The notes: generated by a model not told the origin, from the letters alone. Positions 18,200 to 28,236 are shown, counted from the stretch's first letter. The stretch: DNA of 64,000 nucleotides from Myxococcota bacterium (GCA_965140415.1 OZ223209.1:4032001-4096000), one strand, 5' to 3'. Numbers and translations are program-made.

Positions 18200-21100
18200 T
18201 CACATTGCCCGCTCAAGCTTTTCGCCTGGATAGCAGACCCGCAAGTACGGGCAGCCCTCGCGCTGACAAAGCGCCTGTGGCTCCATCGGCCAAAGATCGA
18301 AGCTGGTTTGCGATTTCTCTTTAAGATCGAGCAGCAGGGTTTCAAGGTGTTTCAATTCGCTCCGTAAGGTTTCGGAAGCGACATCCACCCCACGCCAGGG
18401 ATTCTCATCGAGAATGTAGGCCACCGCCGCCCGACAGCGCTCCGGCTTCAGATTCGGAATCAACCCGTTGACGACCATGGCGTAAAGCTGAATCTGCAAG
18501 CGCGCCATTTCGTGACGCCGGGAGCTATAGGAAGCCAGTTTGTAGTCGATCAGCAGATAGCCCCCCTGCCCGTCCAGGCATAATGCATCGATGCGCCCTT
18601 TCAGCCGCAAGCGATAGCCTCCGGGAGTCTCCAACTGGGAGACAAAGGGTAATTCCGCTTGAATCTGCTTTTTATTGAACTTGGCATCGGAGGGAAAACG
18701 TCCGCAGCGTTGCAGATAGGTGAAAAGTTCCTTGGCCCAGGCGGATTGCGGGTCCAGGCCATAGTCAAGCAGCAACGCTTCCCATTGCTCCCATTTCGCC
18801 TGCTCCTCCGAAAATCGTTCGAAATAGCGATGTACAAGCAAACCGCGCTGCAATGCATCCGGTGGATCTTGCAGCGCCAGCAGTTCGTCGGGTTGGGGCT
18901 GTGACCACAACAAGGTGGAACGGTTGAGCAATTGCCGCAGATGAAAGCGCCGCTCGCAGGATTCCAGTTCCTTCAACAGCGAAACACTGAAGGTGCCCAG
19001 ACTCGCTCCCCTCCGTTCGACCGGCTGCATCGTTTGCGCCAGTCGTTGCAACTCGGACCAGTCATGAGAATGGATTTGAGTGCTTGAATCTGTTTCCGTT
19101 TCCATGTCCTGTGTCGGAAATTCCCGGGTTTGGGGAGTATCCAAGATCGTCAACGGGATATCCGGCTCCACCTGCTGAACGTGGGACATCACCCAATCGA
19201 ACCAGCTCATCTTCTCCAACTCTTTCTTGGCTGATTTTTTTGGATCGTAATAGCCTGTTAAAATCAGATGATCTTTGGCGCGCGTCATGGCGACGTAAAG
19301 CAGGCGTTGATATTCCGACAACTCCTCCTGCCGGTCTTTTGCTTTCAACTCCTGCGAATCGGCGGTATCGTAGGCGACCTGTTCGGAGGGATCGATCAGT
19401 TTCATTCCCACGCGCACCCCCTGACCGATGAAGATCTGCCCCTGCCGCCCCTGAAAGCGCTGATCCAGATCGGGCAGCGCCACCACGGGAAATTCCAAGC
19501 CTTTGGATTGATGAATGGTCATCAGCCGCACCGCGCCCAGATCCGAACAACTTACGCCTTCGCCTTCGCGCACGGCGATTCGAACCAGATCCTTTACGCG
19601 GGCCAGCAGGGCTTCCACATCGAAACCGGGTTGGGATCGCTCCCAGCCCCGCACCAATCTCAAAAACTTTTCGACATTCCCCGAGCGCCGGTTTCCTTCT
19701 TCTCCCTGCCCGGCTATGATCAGCAGATCCCCTTGATACAGGATTTCTTCGATCAGTTCCGATACCGGCAATAACGGCATGCGCCTGCGTAGCGTTTCAC
19801 AAAGCTCTACGAAGTTGCATAAGCGCTTTTGCTCCGCTTCGTCCTCTGTTTCCTGCTCGGCAATGACTTGCCACTGCGACAAAACGAAGTTCTGCGCCAA
19901 CCAGCGTTCATCGGGTAAGGCAAGCAATTTCGTCAAGGTGATGTCGGAAAGCAAGGCCGCCGGAGAACGCAGCACCGCGACGCGTGCCGAGGAATCGGCA
20001 GGTTGCAACAGAAAACGCAGCAGGTTGCAGAGATCGACGATTTCGGGACGCTGATACAAGCCCCCGCTTTGACTGATCACATAAGGCACGCCCGCTTCCC
20101 GTAAAGCCTGCTCATAGAGACCGGCATGGGTCATGCGGCGCAGCAGAATCGCCATATCGCCATAACCGGCATTGCGTTTCAAGCCACCGCTTTTCACGAT
20201 GCTCAAAGGCTCATCCAATGTAGCAATCGCCTTAAGACGAGCGGCAATCGTTCGCGCTTCGATACTGCGGCGTTCGTGCATCGAGTCGCCGTGCTGAATG
20301 CTGATCACTTCCACCGGTGCCGAGCTTGCCGCGCTTTCTCCCAGACCGGGTCTCAGGTTGTCGCCCTGGCCGTAATTGACGGCATACGGATCGTCATCGG
20401 AGCCGCTCATCATGCGTTCGAAAAAGCGATTGAAAAAGCCGAGCAGGCCACTTTGCGAGCGGAAGTTGTCGTCGAAAGTCAAACGCTGCGCGCCGGTTTC
20501 GGTTTTCTGCCAGTCGTTTTCCAGTTCCCGAAAAACGGCGACATCCGCCCCGCGAAACCGATAGATGGACTGTTTACGGTCACCCACGAACAGAAAACGG
20601 GTCGGCGGAAGGTTCATGGTTTTGCAGACCGCCTCATCGCGCCGAATCAGTTCCAGCAGACGTTTTTGAATCCGGTTGGTATCCTGAAATTCATCCACCA
20701 GGACCACATGAAAACGGGCCTGCAATTCCCTGCGAATGTCGGTCCGATCCTGTAACAGTCGAATCGCCAGCCGTTGCAGATCGTCGAAGTCCAGGCGATT
20801 GGCCTGGCGTTTGGCTCGTTCGAAACGAGTTGCAACGGCTGAAGCCAGTTTACGCAAAGCCGCCACATCCGGCAGCGCGGCATACTGGCAGTACAACGCC
20901 TTTGCACGTTCCATATGCGCGACCAAAGGAGCACGCATCGGTTGAACGGCTTTGGCCCAGTTTTTAAAGACCACGAACAGGCTTCGCCAGTCGTTGAAAA
21001 AGCGCAGCGCCTCCCCAATGGGAATTTTCGCCAGCGATACCTGCTGGAAATCATCCAGCTTCAAGCGATGCTCCAACAGGCTGTCGATTCCGGCGCGGGT

Positions 21101-21778
21101 TTTCTCCGTCAGCTTCGTTTGCTCGGCGCTCTGCTGTAAGCGCTCCAGCAGATTTCGATACGACTGCAACTCGGCATGCAGCAGTTCCGTCAATCGCTCG
21201 CGTTCGGAAGGCACATCCAATGGTTCGACCGGTGCGCCATGTGAGGAGCGGATGATCGCCCGTGTCGACTCACTCAATTGAACAAAGCCATAGTTGACCA
21301 GCAAGCGGCGCAGATCGGGCAGCGGGTCACTCAGATGGCGAGTGAGTTCCTCGTTTGCCGCGCGTTCTAAAAGCCGCTCGCGCTCCAATTCGTCCGCCAG
21401 GGCGAAGTCGGGAGAAACGCCCGCTTCGAAGGCGTAACTTCGCAGCAGACGACCGCAAAAGCCATGAAAGGTATGGATGTACGCATCGTACAGGTGCTCG
21501 TCTGCGTCGCCGCTTCCATCGGACTCCCGCGCGGCCAGTTCTTCGGAAACCTTTTCGCGCAACTGACGAGCCGCTTTATTCGTGAAGGTGATGGCCAGAA
21601 TGTTTCCAACCGTCACCGGCTTGGGATAGGACGTGCTGCCTTCCAATAGCCGCAGGAAAAGCTCAACCAGCGCGGTGGTTTTTCCCGTACCAGCCGAAGC
21701 CGATACTAAAATATCCGTTTCGAAACGGAAAAGTTCTTCTTTCTGCTCGGACCAGAGAAAAGCCATGACAATCCCCAA
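18200..21778 (-). CDS. AddA/RecB-like UvrD helicase with C-terminal PD-(D/E)xK nuclease
   Basis: ASAGTGKT, DEFQDTN, VGDRKQSIYRFRGA, TIHQSKGLEF, YVAMTRA, GRID...IDYK, C-terminal Cys cluster. Confidence 0.88.
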   Translation of the reverse strand: MGIVMAFLWSEQKEELFRFETDILVSASAGTGKTTALVELFLRLLEGSTSYPKPVTVGNILAITFTNKAARQLREKVSEELAARESDGSGDADEHLYDAYIHTFHGFCGRLLRSYAFEAGVSPDFALADELERERLLERAANEELTRHLSDPLPDLRRLLVNYGFVQLSESTRAIIRSSHGAPVEPLDVPSERERLTELLHAELQSYRNLLERLQQSAEQTKLTEKTRAGIDSLLEHRLKLDDFQQVSLAKIPIGEALRFFNDWRSLFVVFKNWAKAVQPMRAPLVAHMERAKALYCQYAALPDVAALRKLASAVATRFERAKRQANRLDFDDLQRLAIRLLQDRTDIRRELQARFHVVLVDEFQDTNRIQKRLLELIRRDEAVCKTMNLPPTRFLFVGDRKQSIYRFRGADVAVFRELENDWQKTETGAQRLTFDDNFRSQSGLLGFFNRFFERMMSGSDDDPYAVNYGQGDNLRPGLGESAASSAPVEVISIQHGDSMHERRSIEARTIAARLKAIATLDEPLSIVKSGGLKRNAGYGDMAILLRRMTHAGLYEQALREAGVPYVISQSGGLYQRPEIVDLCNLLRFLLQPADSSARVAVLRSPAALLSDITLTKLLALPDERWLAQNFVLSQWQVIAEQETEDEAEQKRLCNFVELCETLRRRMPLLPVSELIEEILYQGDLLIIAGQGEEGNRRSGNVEKFLRLVRGWERSQPGFDVEALLARVKDLVRIAVREGEGVSCSDLGAVRLMTIHQSKGLEFPVVALPDLDQRFQGRQGQIFIGQGVRVGMKLIDPSEQVAYDTADSQELKAKDRQEELSEYQRLLYVAMTRAKDHLILTGYYDPKKSAKKELEKMSWFDWVMSHVQQVEPDIPLTILDTPQTREFPTQDMETETDSSTQIHSHDWSELQRLAQTMQPVERRGASLGTFSVSLLKELESCERRFHLRQLLNRSTLLWSQPQPDELLALQDPPDALQRGLLVHRYFERFSEEQAKWEQWEALLLDYGLDPQSAWAKELFTYLQRCGRFPSDAKFNKKQIQAELPFVSQLETPGGYRLRLKGRIDALCLDGQGGYLLIDYKLASYSSRRHEMARLQIQLYAMVVNGLIPNLKPERCRAAVAYILDENPWRGVDVASETLRSELKHLETLLLDLKEKSQTSFDLWPMEPQALCQREGCPYLRVCYPGEKLERAM

Positions 21779-21824
21779 ACTGCAATGCCGACGAGAAGAA
21801 AAGGAACGGAAGACGCCTGGAAGT

Positions 21825-21854
21825 AAAAAGGCCCGGAAATCAGCTTCCGGGCCT
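21825..21854 (-). terminator. rho-independent terminator
   Basis: AGGCCCGGAA/TTCCGGGCCT stem with a T tract on the minus strand. Confidence 0.7.
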
Positions 21855-21874
21855 TGATCGTTATCGATGAAGCG

Positions 21875-23317
21875 CTATTTCCAGATCGGCGATGGCTTCA
21901 AGGTTACTTTGTTGTGTTCGATGCGAACATTGAAAACCACGCGTTTGCATCCATGCCTTGCGACCAGTTTCTGCTCGGTGCGCTCAAGCTTGGCGATCAG
22001 TTTGTCTTTGGTGATCATCGAGACATCCTCGCCCACCTGCTGCTTGGCCTGGACGAATTCCTTGAAGATGCGCTCGTAGTATTGATCCTCCGATTCGGCT
22101 CCCGAATCCGCCGCTTCGGATTGATCGCCTTCGTCCATGGTTTCGATAAGCATACTGCCCTTATCCGCCGCCTTGGGTTTGGCGCTGTCCAATACGCCGC
22201 GTACGGTCGCCCGCTCGGCTTCCTCTTCATCCTCTGGAATATACTTCCCGATCAGGATGGCAATCATCAGGTTAAGCGTCTGTCCAACCTGATTCAGGAA
22301 CAGGTCGTCGCTGGAGAACTGGTAATCCTTGTTTCCAACGATAATCTGATGCGCGCCTTCCAGCACGAAGTCGACGGTGTCGTAGGCCTTCTGAATGATG
22401 ACGAAACTGCCGGAGATCCCCAGCATGATCAACAGGATCGTGAAGATCAGCAGGAATTTGCGAGCGCCGAAGAATTCATCGAGCCAATGCGTTTCCGAGC
22501 GCAGCAACATGAATCCGACCAAACCCTGCCCCGGCACCGTGGCGATGGGCGACAGAATCACCAGGTAGTCTTCGTCTACCAGTTCCAGCTTTTCTTCGAA
22601 GTAGTCATTTTTCGACAACAACACCTGGGCGATTTTGCTGCCGTTCTGCTGCACGAATTTGTGCAGGGCAACATGCCGAGCGCTGCTTAGCGAACTGACG
22701 ATCACGCGATCCTTGCTGAAGAAAGCCAGTTCTCCCATCGCGATGGAACGTTCCTGCTTGATCAGGTCTTCATCGAATGAATTGGCAGAGATCATGGCGC
22801 CGATGACTTTGTCTTCCTTCACGACAGGAACGACATCGACCATCATGATTTTGTTTTCGAACATCCAGATATCTTCGCCCGGAGTTCCAGCCAACGCTGC
22901 CTTGACAACCGGAAAATCTCCGTAGCGGTTTTTACGCCATTTCGCAACCAGGGTGCGTCCCAGTTCCACGCCCTCGGCGTCCACCACCACGAATTGATCG
23001 GCAAAATATTTCAGCCGCGAGAGAACTTCCAGTTTCTCGAACAGCTTGAAATGCCTCTCTTCTGCCTGCTCGGGAGTTTCCGCGGGCATGGCAACCGTGT
23101 TGACGACTTCCGGCTCTTTGGCAAATTGCCGAACGATATCAAGCCGTTGTTCGCGAGTCGCTCGCTGGCCGTTCACGTAAGTGGTGTAACCGTGAATCAG
23201 GCTTTGTTCCAGTTTGTTCTGCGAATCGGCCTCTAGTGTGCCCACGATATAAAAGTGGGTCAACAGTGCAAAGACCAACAGGACTCCACAAATCAGCAAT
23301 CCAAGTTTCAAGCGCAT
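21875..23317 (-). CDS. MXAN_5187-like membrane protein (periplasmic Cache-like region, conserved C-terminal domain)
   Basis: TM-periplasmic-TM architecture; C-terminus YYERIFKEFVQAK...VVFNVRIEHNKVTLKP resembles the MXAN_5187 C-terminal domain. Confidence 0.6.
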   Translation of the reverse strand: MRLKLGLLICGVLLVFALLTHFYIVGTLEADSQNKLEQSLIHGYTTYVNGQRATREQRLDIVRQFAKEPEVVNTVAMPAETPEQAEERHFKLFEKLEVLSRLKYFADQFVVVDAEGVELGRTLVAKWRKNRYGDFPVVKAALAGTPGEDIWMFENKIMMVDVVPVVKEDKVIGAMISANSFDEDLIKQERSIAMGELAFFSKDRVIVSSLSSARHVALHKFVQQNGSKIAQVLLSKNDYFEEKLELVDEDYLVILSPIATVPGQGLVGFMLLRSETHWLDEFFGARKFLLIFTILLIMLGISGSFVIIQKAYDTVDFVLEGAHQIIVGNKDYQFSSDDLFLNQVGQTLNLMIAILIGKYIPEDEEEAERATVRGVLDSAKPKAADKGSMLIETMDEGDQSEAADSGAESEDQYYERIFKEFVQAKQQVGEDVSMITKDKLIAKLERTEQKLVARHGCKRVVFNVRIEHNKVTLKPSPIWK

Positions 23318-23445
23318 GGCCGCCCCTATTTGTCGTTAGGATTTCGTTTTTTTTTGCACCAAAGCGGTGGTCGGAACCCTCCGAACCGCCCTCCAAGAAA
23401 AACCGTTTGGAGGTATTGTACCCGTTTTCCCCAACTTTTCAAGCT

Positions 23446-24147
23446 TTATTCCGCCTGAACGTCATAGCCTTCATTTCGCAGGCGATTCAGCACCTGACGA
23501 CGAATCCTCTCATTTTTAAATGGTCCAATGACCACCCGGTAGATTTTTCCTGACGTTTCGATTTGAATGGTGCGAAAACGACCTTGAAGAAAACTGCGAA
23601 TGCGCTCCGCCTTCCATTGCGCATCGTACTCGCCGATCACCAGGCGACTACCCGCGTAGCAGGGCGTCTCGTGTTGCTCGGATTGAATCGTTTCGCCCCT
23701 CTCTCCATTGGATAGAATGACCGCCCGCACGCGCGCCGTGCCTTGCGACACATAACCCAGTTTCTTTGCCGCGCCATAGGACAAATCCAGAATTCTTCCT
23801 TTTACGAAGGGACCGCGATCGTTGACGCGCACGACTACCTGACGTTGATTGTCCAGGTTTGTGATTTGCAGCCGTGTGCCCAGGGGCAAACTGCGATGCG
23901 CAGCGCTTAATCCATACATATCGTATACTTCGCCGCTAGCCGTTTTTCGTCCGTGAAAGGGTTTGCCGTACCAGGAAGCAACGCCGGTAAAGGAGCGAGT
24001 GTCACTATTTTCAGGCCGCTGTTGAAAGGAATGATTGCCGCTTGCGCAACCGATTGTCAGCAACGCGGATAGCGAACATACAAGCATGGCCATTAATAGT
24101 CGAGTGGCGAAAATCATCGCGCGTCCTTTTCCGATAATTCTTGTCAT
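23446..24147 (-). CDS. rlpA: septal ring lytic transglycosylase RlpA family lipoprotein with SPOR domain
   Basis: GVASWYG, TASGE, AAHRSLPLG, VNDRGPF, LDLS; start codon uncertain. Confidence 0.88.
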   Translation of the reverse strand: MTRIIGKGRAMIFATRLLMAMLVCSLSALLTIGCASGNHSFQQRPENSDTRSFTGVASWYGKPFHGRKTASGEVYDMYGLSAAHRSLPLGTRLQITNLDNQRQVVVRVNDRGPFVKGRILDLSYGAAKKLGYVSQGTARVRAVILSNGERGETIQSEQHETPCYAGSRLVIGEYDAQWKAERIRSFLQGRFRTIQIETSGKIYRVVIGPFKNERIRRQVLNRLRNEGYDVQAE

Positions 24148-24391
24148 CTATCCGGCAGACAATTTTGAAAAGTGCCGCCACTTCGTGTAAAACCGGGGCG
24201 CAACAACGTGACAATCCCAGAAACTGGCACACGAAGGGACGCAAACCGCACTAAAGCTACACTAAATGACCGTAGATGACCACTTGGATTTTCACATCGC
24301 GTGTAAAAACCGGTCAAAGCACTGACCCACATTCCTATTTGCCCATTTGCTTGGCAAATCAGGCTTTTTTACTGTGTGTCACCGGTTCGTT

Positions 24392-24425
24392 GTGGTGGGT
24401 TGTGGTAGGTTGTGGGTTGTTGTGA
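24392..24425 (+). promoter_or_regulatory. GTGG-N6 direct repeats (MraZ-box-like)
   Basis: GTGG at 24392, 24402 and 24412, GTGA at 24422; exact 10-bp period. Confidence 0.45.
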
Positions 24426-24473
24426 ATAAGTATAGTAGGTCGGTCAGATTTTCTGACCGACAAAAACAAAAAA

Positions 24474-24554
24474 CTATTCTCCCGCAACATCATCATCTGC
24501 TGGCACTCTCTCTGTACCATAATATCCCATTCGCATGTACTTATGAAAGGTTGA
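24474..24554 (-). pseudogene. RAYT C-terminal remnant
   Basis: STFHKYMRMGYYGTERVPADDDVAGE* aligns with the intact RAYT end STYHRYAKIGYYTDIKGPKDVDVGRE*. Confidence 0.75.
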
Positions 24555-24555
24555 C

Positions 24556-24660
24556 GTTCACAACCAAACTCACACTGCCCAAATGATGGGTTATGAAGCG
24601 GTAGCTCGTTCCGTCTTTTACCATGTAATCGGGGACATGACCCTTGGTGCCGTAGACAAA
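24556..24660 (-). pseudogene. RHS/YD-repeat protein fragment
   Basis: FVYGTKGHVPDYMVKDGTSYRFITHHLGSVSLVVN matches the segment containing the DHLGS motif of RHS cores. Confidence 0.7.
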
Positions 24661-24753
24661 AATGTCGTGCAAGAAATTTGCACGACCTACTCAACTTAGA
24701 TCCTTCATATGAGGATTGTATCATTTGTGGCAATTGAACATCAAGAGCAAAAC

Positions 24754-24780
24754 GTCGGACAAAAAATTTGTCCGACCTAC
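24754..24780 (-). repeat. REP palindrome variant
   Basis: Reverse complement reads GTAG-GTCGGACAAA-TTT-TTTGTCCGAC. Confidence 0.8.
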
Positions 24781-24795
24781 CCGGCTGAACAAAGG

Positions 24796-24880
24796 GTGGC
24801 ACGTGGCCAAGCGGAGTGAAACGGAGCTTGCCCGTGTTCTTGTTTCCGCACATGGGCAAGCTACGCTTAGCCCATGCCAC
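24796..24880. repeat. REPIN-like inverted doublet of a second (GTGG-type) REP family
   Basis: GTGGCACGTGGCCAAGC...GCTTGCCCGTG / CATGGGCAAGC...GCCCATGCCAC. Confidence 0.55.
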
Positions 24881-24930
24881 ACATTCGTGTTTTCAACGTT
24901 CAGAGCTTGTCATTGCGCCATCGCCGCCTA

Positions 24931-26032
24931 TCATTTCGACAGCAGGTATTCGCGGATAAAGCGCTCCAGATCACCATCCAGCACGGCGTCGACGTTGCCG
25001 GTTTCGTAGTTGGTGCGATGGTCCTTGATCAAGCGATACGGAGCCAGCACGTAAGAGCGGATCTGGCTGCCGAAAGAGATGTCCTTCTTGTTCGCTTCGA
25101 CTTCGCGCTCTTCCTTGCGGCGTTTGTCCAGTTCGTATTCGTAAATTTTTGAACGCAGCAGCTTCATGGCGGTGTGACGATTTTTATGCTGGCTGCGCTC
25201 CGCCTGGCAAGCCACGACGATACCGGTAGGAAGGTGAGTCAGCCGCACCGCCGAATCGGTGGTATTGACGTGCTGACCGCCCGCTCCCGAGGAACGGTAG
25301 GTGTCGATGCGCAGATCCGTTTCGTTGATTTCGATATCGATGGATTCGTCGACTTCCGGGGTCACGAAAACCGAGGCAAAGGAAGTATGTCGACGTTTAT
25401 TGGCATCGAAGGGAGAAATGCGCACGAGCCGATGCACACCGGCCTCCGCCTTGAGATAGCCATAGGCAAAACGACCCGAAACGGTGAATACGGTGTTTTT
25501 GATACCGGCTTCTTCACCCGGCAGCAATTCCACGATTTCCGTTTGATACCCCTGTTTTTCCGCATATCGCAAATACATGCGCAGCAGCATGTCCGCCCAA
25601 TCCTGGCTTTCCGTACCGCCAGCCCCGGAATTGATGGAAACGATGGCGCCGTTCTCGTCGTTTTCACCGGAGAGCATGCGCTTCATTTCTTCTGCCGCCA
25701 GCATTTCCTCGAACTGCCCAACCTGTTCGGTCAGATCCGGAATCAGGCTATCTTCCTGTTCCTCCTCGATTAATTCGATCAGCGCCTGGATATCTTCCGC
25801 CTGTGTGAGCACGGTGGAGAAATCCTCGATTTCCAGTTCGAGGATCTTTTTTTCCTGCATCAACACTTTGCTCTTTTCCAAATCCGACCAGATCGCCTCA
25901 TCGGCCAGTTGCTTGTCGCATTCGGTCAGTTTCTGCTTTTTACCCTCTAAGTCAAAGATGGTCCTTCAACACATTCAACTTCTTACACAACTGTTGAAAG
26001 TGATATTTCTGCTCTGAAAGCTCCTTGGCCAT
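24931..26032 (-). CDS. prfB: peptide chain release factor 2 with programmed +1 frameshift
   Basis: GGQ, SPF and GSQIRSY motifs. A 26-codon upstream frame MAKELS...DHL ends at CTT TGA C (25951-25957). AGGAGG RBS. Confidence 0.95.
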
Positions 26033-26328
26033 CTTTTTTCCTCCTTACATAGTTCTTCTGACAGGCCGATTTGCCTGCCTTCGCTCCGGTCGGAATGGCA
26101 GCTCGATCACCAGGCAATCGAAACAGGACCATTTTGCCGTTGGCCGATGTGTAACATATTCTGGCCCGATCATTCAAATAAATTGACGAATACGTGCAAG
26201 ATGACTATAACTAATGGGGCGCAATAGTTCCAGCAGCATCAGGGATCGCGGCGCATTTTCTGATCTTTTCAACGTGGTTACGCGAGGCCGGTTCGTTCGG
26301 CTTTCCTAGGCGACAAGGGAACGGAAAT

Positions 26329-27399
26329 ATGGAAGAAAAAATTGCCGGCATTATGTTTGCGGATATCATGAACTCATCTGAGTACGCAAACGTGATGAGC
26401 ACTGCAAACTATCACAATTTCATTATTAAAAGCTTGCAGGCAATCTGTGCGGACGAGGCGGCCTACTTCCTCTCCACACACCCGCAATATCGGGGATTGC
26501 CGGAGTATTCCACCCGCGACCAGATGGCGGAAGAATACAATTGTCAGTTCCGCACGGTCGGCGACGAGATTCGCGTCTTTCTGCATTCCGGGGATGAATG
26601 GGCGGATACCAATCACCTGATGGAAATCGCCATTCGCCTGAAACTGCGCTGGCTGTTCTGTGAGTTCAATAAAACACGCATCAAACAAAACAAGCCCCCC
26701 GAGGAACTGGCCATCGGTATTCATACCGGCCCGGTGCTGATCGAAGAAAACAAGCCGGAAGGCTTTGCCATGAATGTGGGCAAGCGCATCGAAGGCGAAT
26801 GCCGCAACGGCGCGCTGTGCCGCATCCTGTTCCACGCCAACAGCGTCAACTACATTCAGTCCTATCAAAAGCGTCCGAACGCCGCCTTCTTCGTCGAACC
26901 TCATTTCAGCGACGTGTGGACCTTCACCGGTAAGGGCATCGCGCAGGAAATCCCGATTCGCGAACTGAAGTATTTCACCTTCCTGGGACAGTCGGAAGTG
27001 CTGCGCTTTTTGGATATCGATCCCAAGTACTTCATCAAGCATCTGTTTGCCGCATCGACACTGGCGCCATATCCCCATTTCATTTACAGTACGCTGCTTA
27101 GCGCTCTGCAAAAGCTGGGTATCGACGATTACACCTTCAATTATATCGAAGACCTTTGCACCAAGGTATACCAGTACCTGCGTTACGAAGACATTCTGGA
27201 TATGATCGTACAGGTGTACGAGTATCGCTACCGCAACAGTTTTAAAACCATGAGCACCAAGCAGAAAGTAGCGTTTTTGCAATCGTTCCATTCCTGGGCT
27301 GCCGAAAACGACTTCAAGTATCGCTACCTGGAAGAGGATATCCGTAAGGAACAGCACCGGCTCTCCACCTACTTCAAGCACCTGCCCACGAAAATCTAA
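26329..27399 (+). CDS. class III adenylate/guanylate cyclase domain protein
   Basis: MFADIMNSS, VGDE, IGIHTGPV, AMNVGKRIEG. Confidence 0.75.
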   Translation: MEEKIAGIMFADIMNSSEYANVMSTANYHNFIIKSLQAICADEAAYFLSTHPQYRGLPEYSTRDQMAEEYNCQFRTVGDEIRVFLHSGDEWADTNHLMEIAIRLKLRWLFCEFNKTRIKQNKPPEELAIGIHTGPVLIEENKPEGFAMNVGKRIEGECRNGALCRILFHANSVNYIQSYQKRPNAAFFVEPHFSDVWTFTGKGIAQEIPIRELKYFTFLGQSEVLRFLDIDPKYFIKHLFAASTLAPYPHFIYSTLLSALQKLGIDDYTFNYIEDLCTKVYQYLRYEDILDMIVQVYEYRYRNSFKTMSTKQKVAFLQSFHSWAAENDFKYRYLEEDIRKEQHRLSTYFKHLPTKI

Positions 27400-27435
27400 G
27401 TTCACCTGCGACCTTACAAGTCGCGCTCATAAAAT

Positions 27436-27466
27436 ACGGAAGGCCGGTTTCAAACCGGCCTTCCGT
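27436..27466. terminator. hairpin between convergent genes
   Basis: ACGGAAGGCCGGTTT-C-AAACCGGCCTTCCGT, a near-perfect palindrome. Confidence 0.65.
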
Positions 27467-27492
27467 CGTTTCAAGGGATCTGCTTCCAACGA

Positions 27493-28236
27493 TTATGCGC
27501 CTTCCGTTACACAACTTTGTACGACGCATTCCTGGTAGATTGGCAGGCAGTAGTCCATCGTCTGCTGTTGGTCGCAGTCTTTTTCCACGAAGCAATCGAG
27601 GTAGTCGTTGACACACTGAGTCGCGCAGTCGTCGACAGACAGGGATGCCTTCGTTTCTTCCAGAATCTGATTCAACTGTTCTTCATCACCGCAGCCACCA
27701 TATTCGATTTTCTCCTGGAAGTAGATGTACCATTCCTCATAGAAACCGGTCTGGCCCTGCGTGTCCTGCAAGGCAAACATTAAAATGACGCTGGACCCGG
27801 CGAGATCGTCGTCTTCGGAAAAATTACCCATTAACGTGGCCGTTCCGGCCTCCTGATCCAACTGGTGCTCTACGACGAAGTGTTTGTCCGCTTCCACCCG
27901 TTCTTCCATTTCGTCGTCGAAGTCGTACGCCGCCGCCGTGACAATAGTCGTGGGCACGGTGGCCGCAGGCGCTTCCGAGTCGATGTAGAGCGTCACCGTG
28001 AACTGCGGCGACTGATCCAGGTAGGCTTGCGGAAAATTGACGGCGCTGATCTGCGGACCGGACTGGCTGCCCGCCGGGGCGCTTTCGCTTTTCAATTCCG
28101 AATCGTCGAACTCCAGATCTTCCAACAGTCGATTGGACAACTCCTTGGCAGTGAGCGAGGCGTCGCTGTCACTGCAAGCCGTTATACCAAAGCACAGAAT
28201 CAACAACCCGACAATCCCCCATTGAAGTCCCTTCAT
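27493..28236 (-). CDS. acidic lipoprotein with Cys-rich C-terminus
   Basis: MKGLQWG...ITAC lipobox. Confidence 0.7.
   Translation of the reverse strand: MKGLQWGIVGLLILCFGITACSDSDASLTAKELSNRLLEDLEFDDSELKSESAPAGSQSGPQISAVNFPQAYLDQSPQFTVTLYIDSEAPAATVPTTIVTAAAYDFDDEMEERVEADKHFVVEHQLDQEAGTATLMGNFSEDDDLAGSSVILMFALQDTQGQTGFYEEWYIYFQEKIEYGGCGDEEQLNQILEETKASLSVDDCATQCVNDYLDCFVEKDCDQQQTMDYCLPIYQECVVQSCVTEGA

Larger units (their letters stand above)
24435..24690 (-). mobile_element. decayed RAYT/REP element: REP, RHS fragment, RAYT 3' remnant, REP
   Basis: Inverted GTAG REPs at 24435-24461 and 24664-24690 bound the two remnants listed below. Confidence 0.75.

Noticed and set aside
24435-24780. REP copies as a CRISPR array
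   Set aside because: Mixed orientation, irregular spacing, variable stems and no cas genes.
24359-24880. 173-aa minus-strand ORF in the rlpA-prfB gap
   Set aside because: Runs through REPs and remnants that are coded in other frames; not protein-like.
24150-24930. rnpB, tmRNA or SRP RNA in the long intergenic region
   Set aside because: No GAGGAAAGTCC, tRNA-like ends or SRP loop motif seen.
26374-27405. 343-aa minus-strand ORF overlapping the cyclase
   Set aside because: Antisense shadow; the plus-strand frame carries the catalytic motifs.
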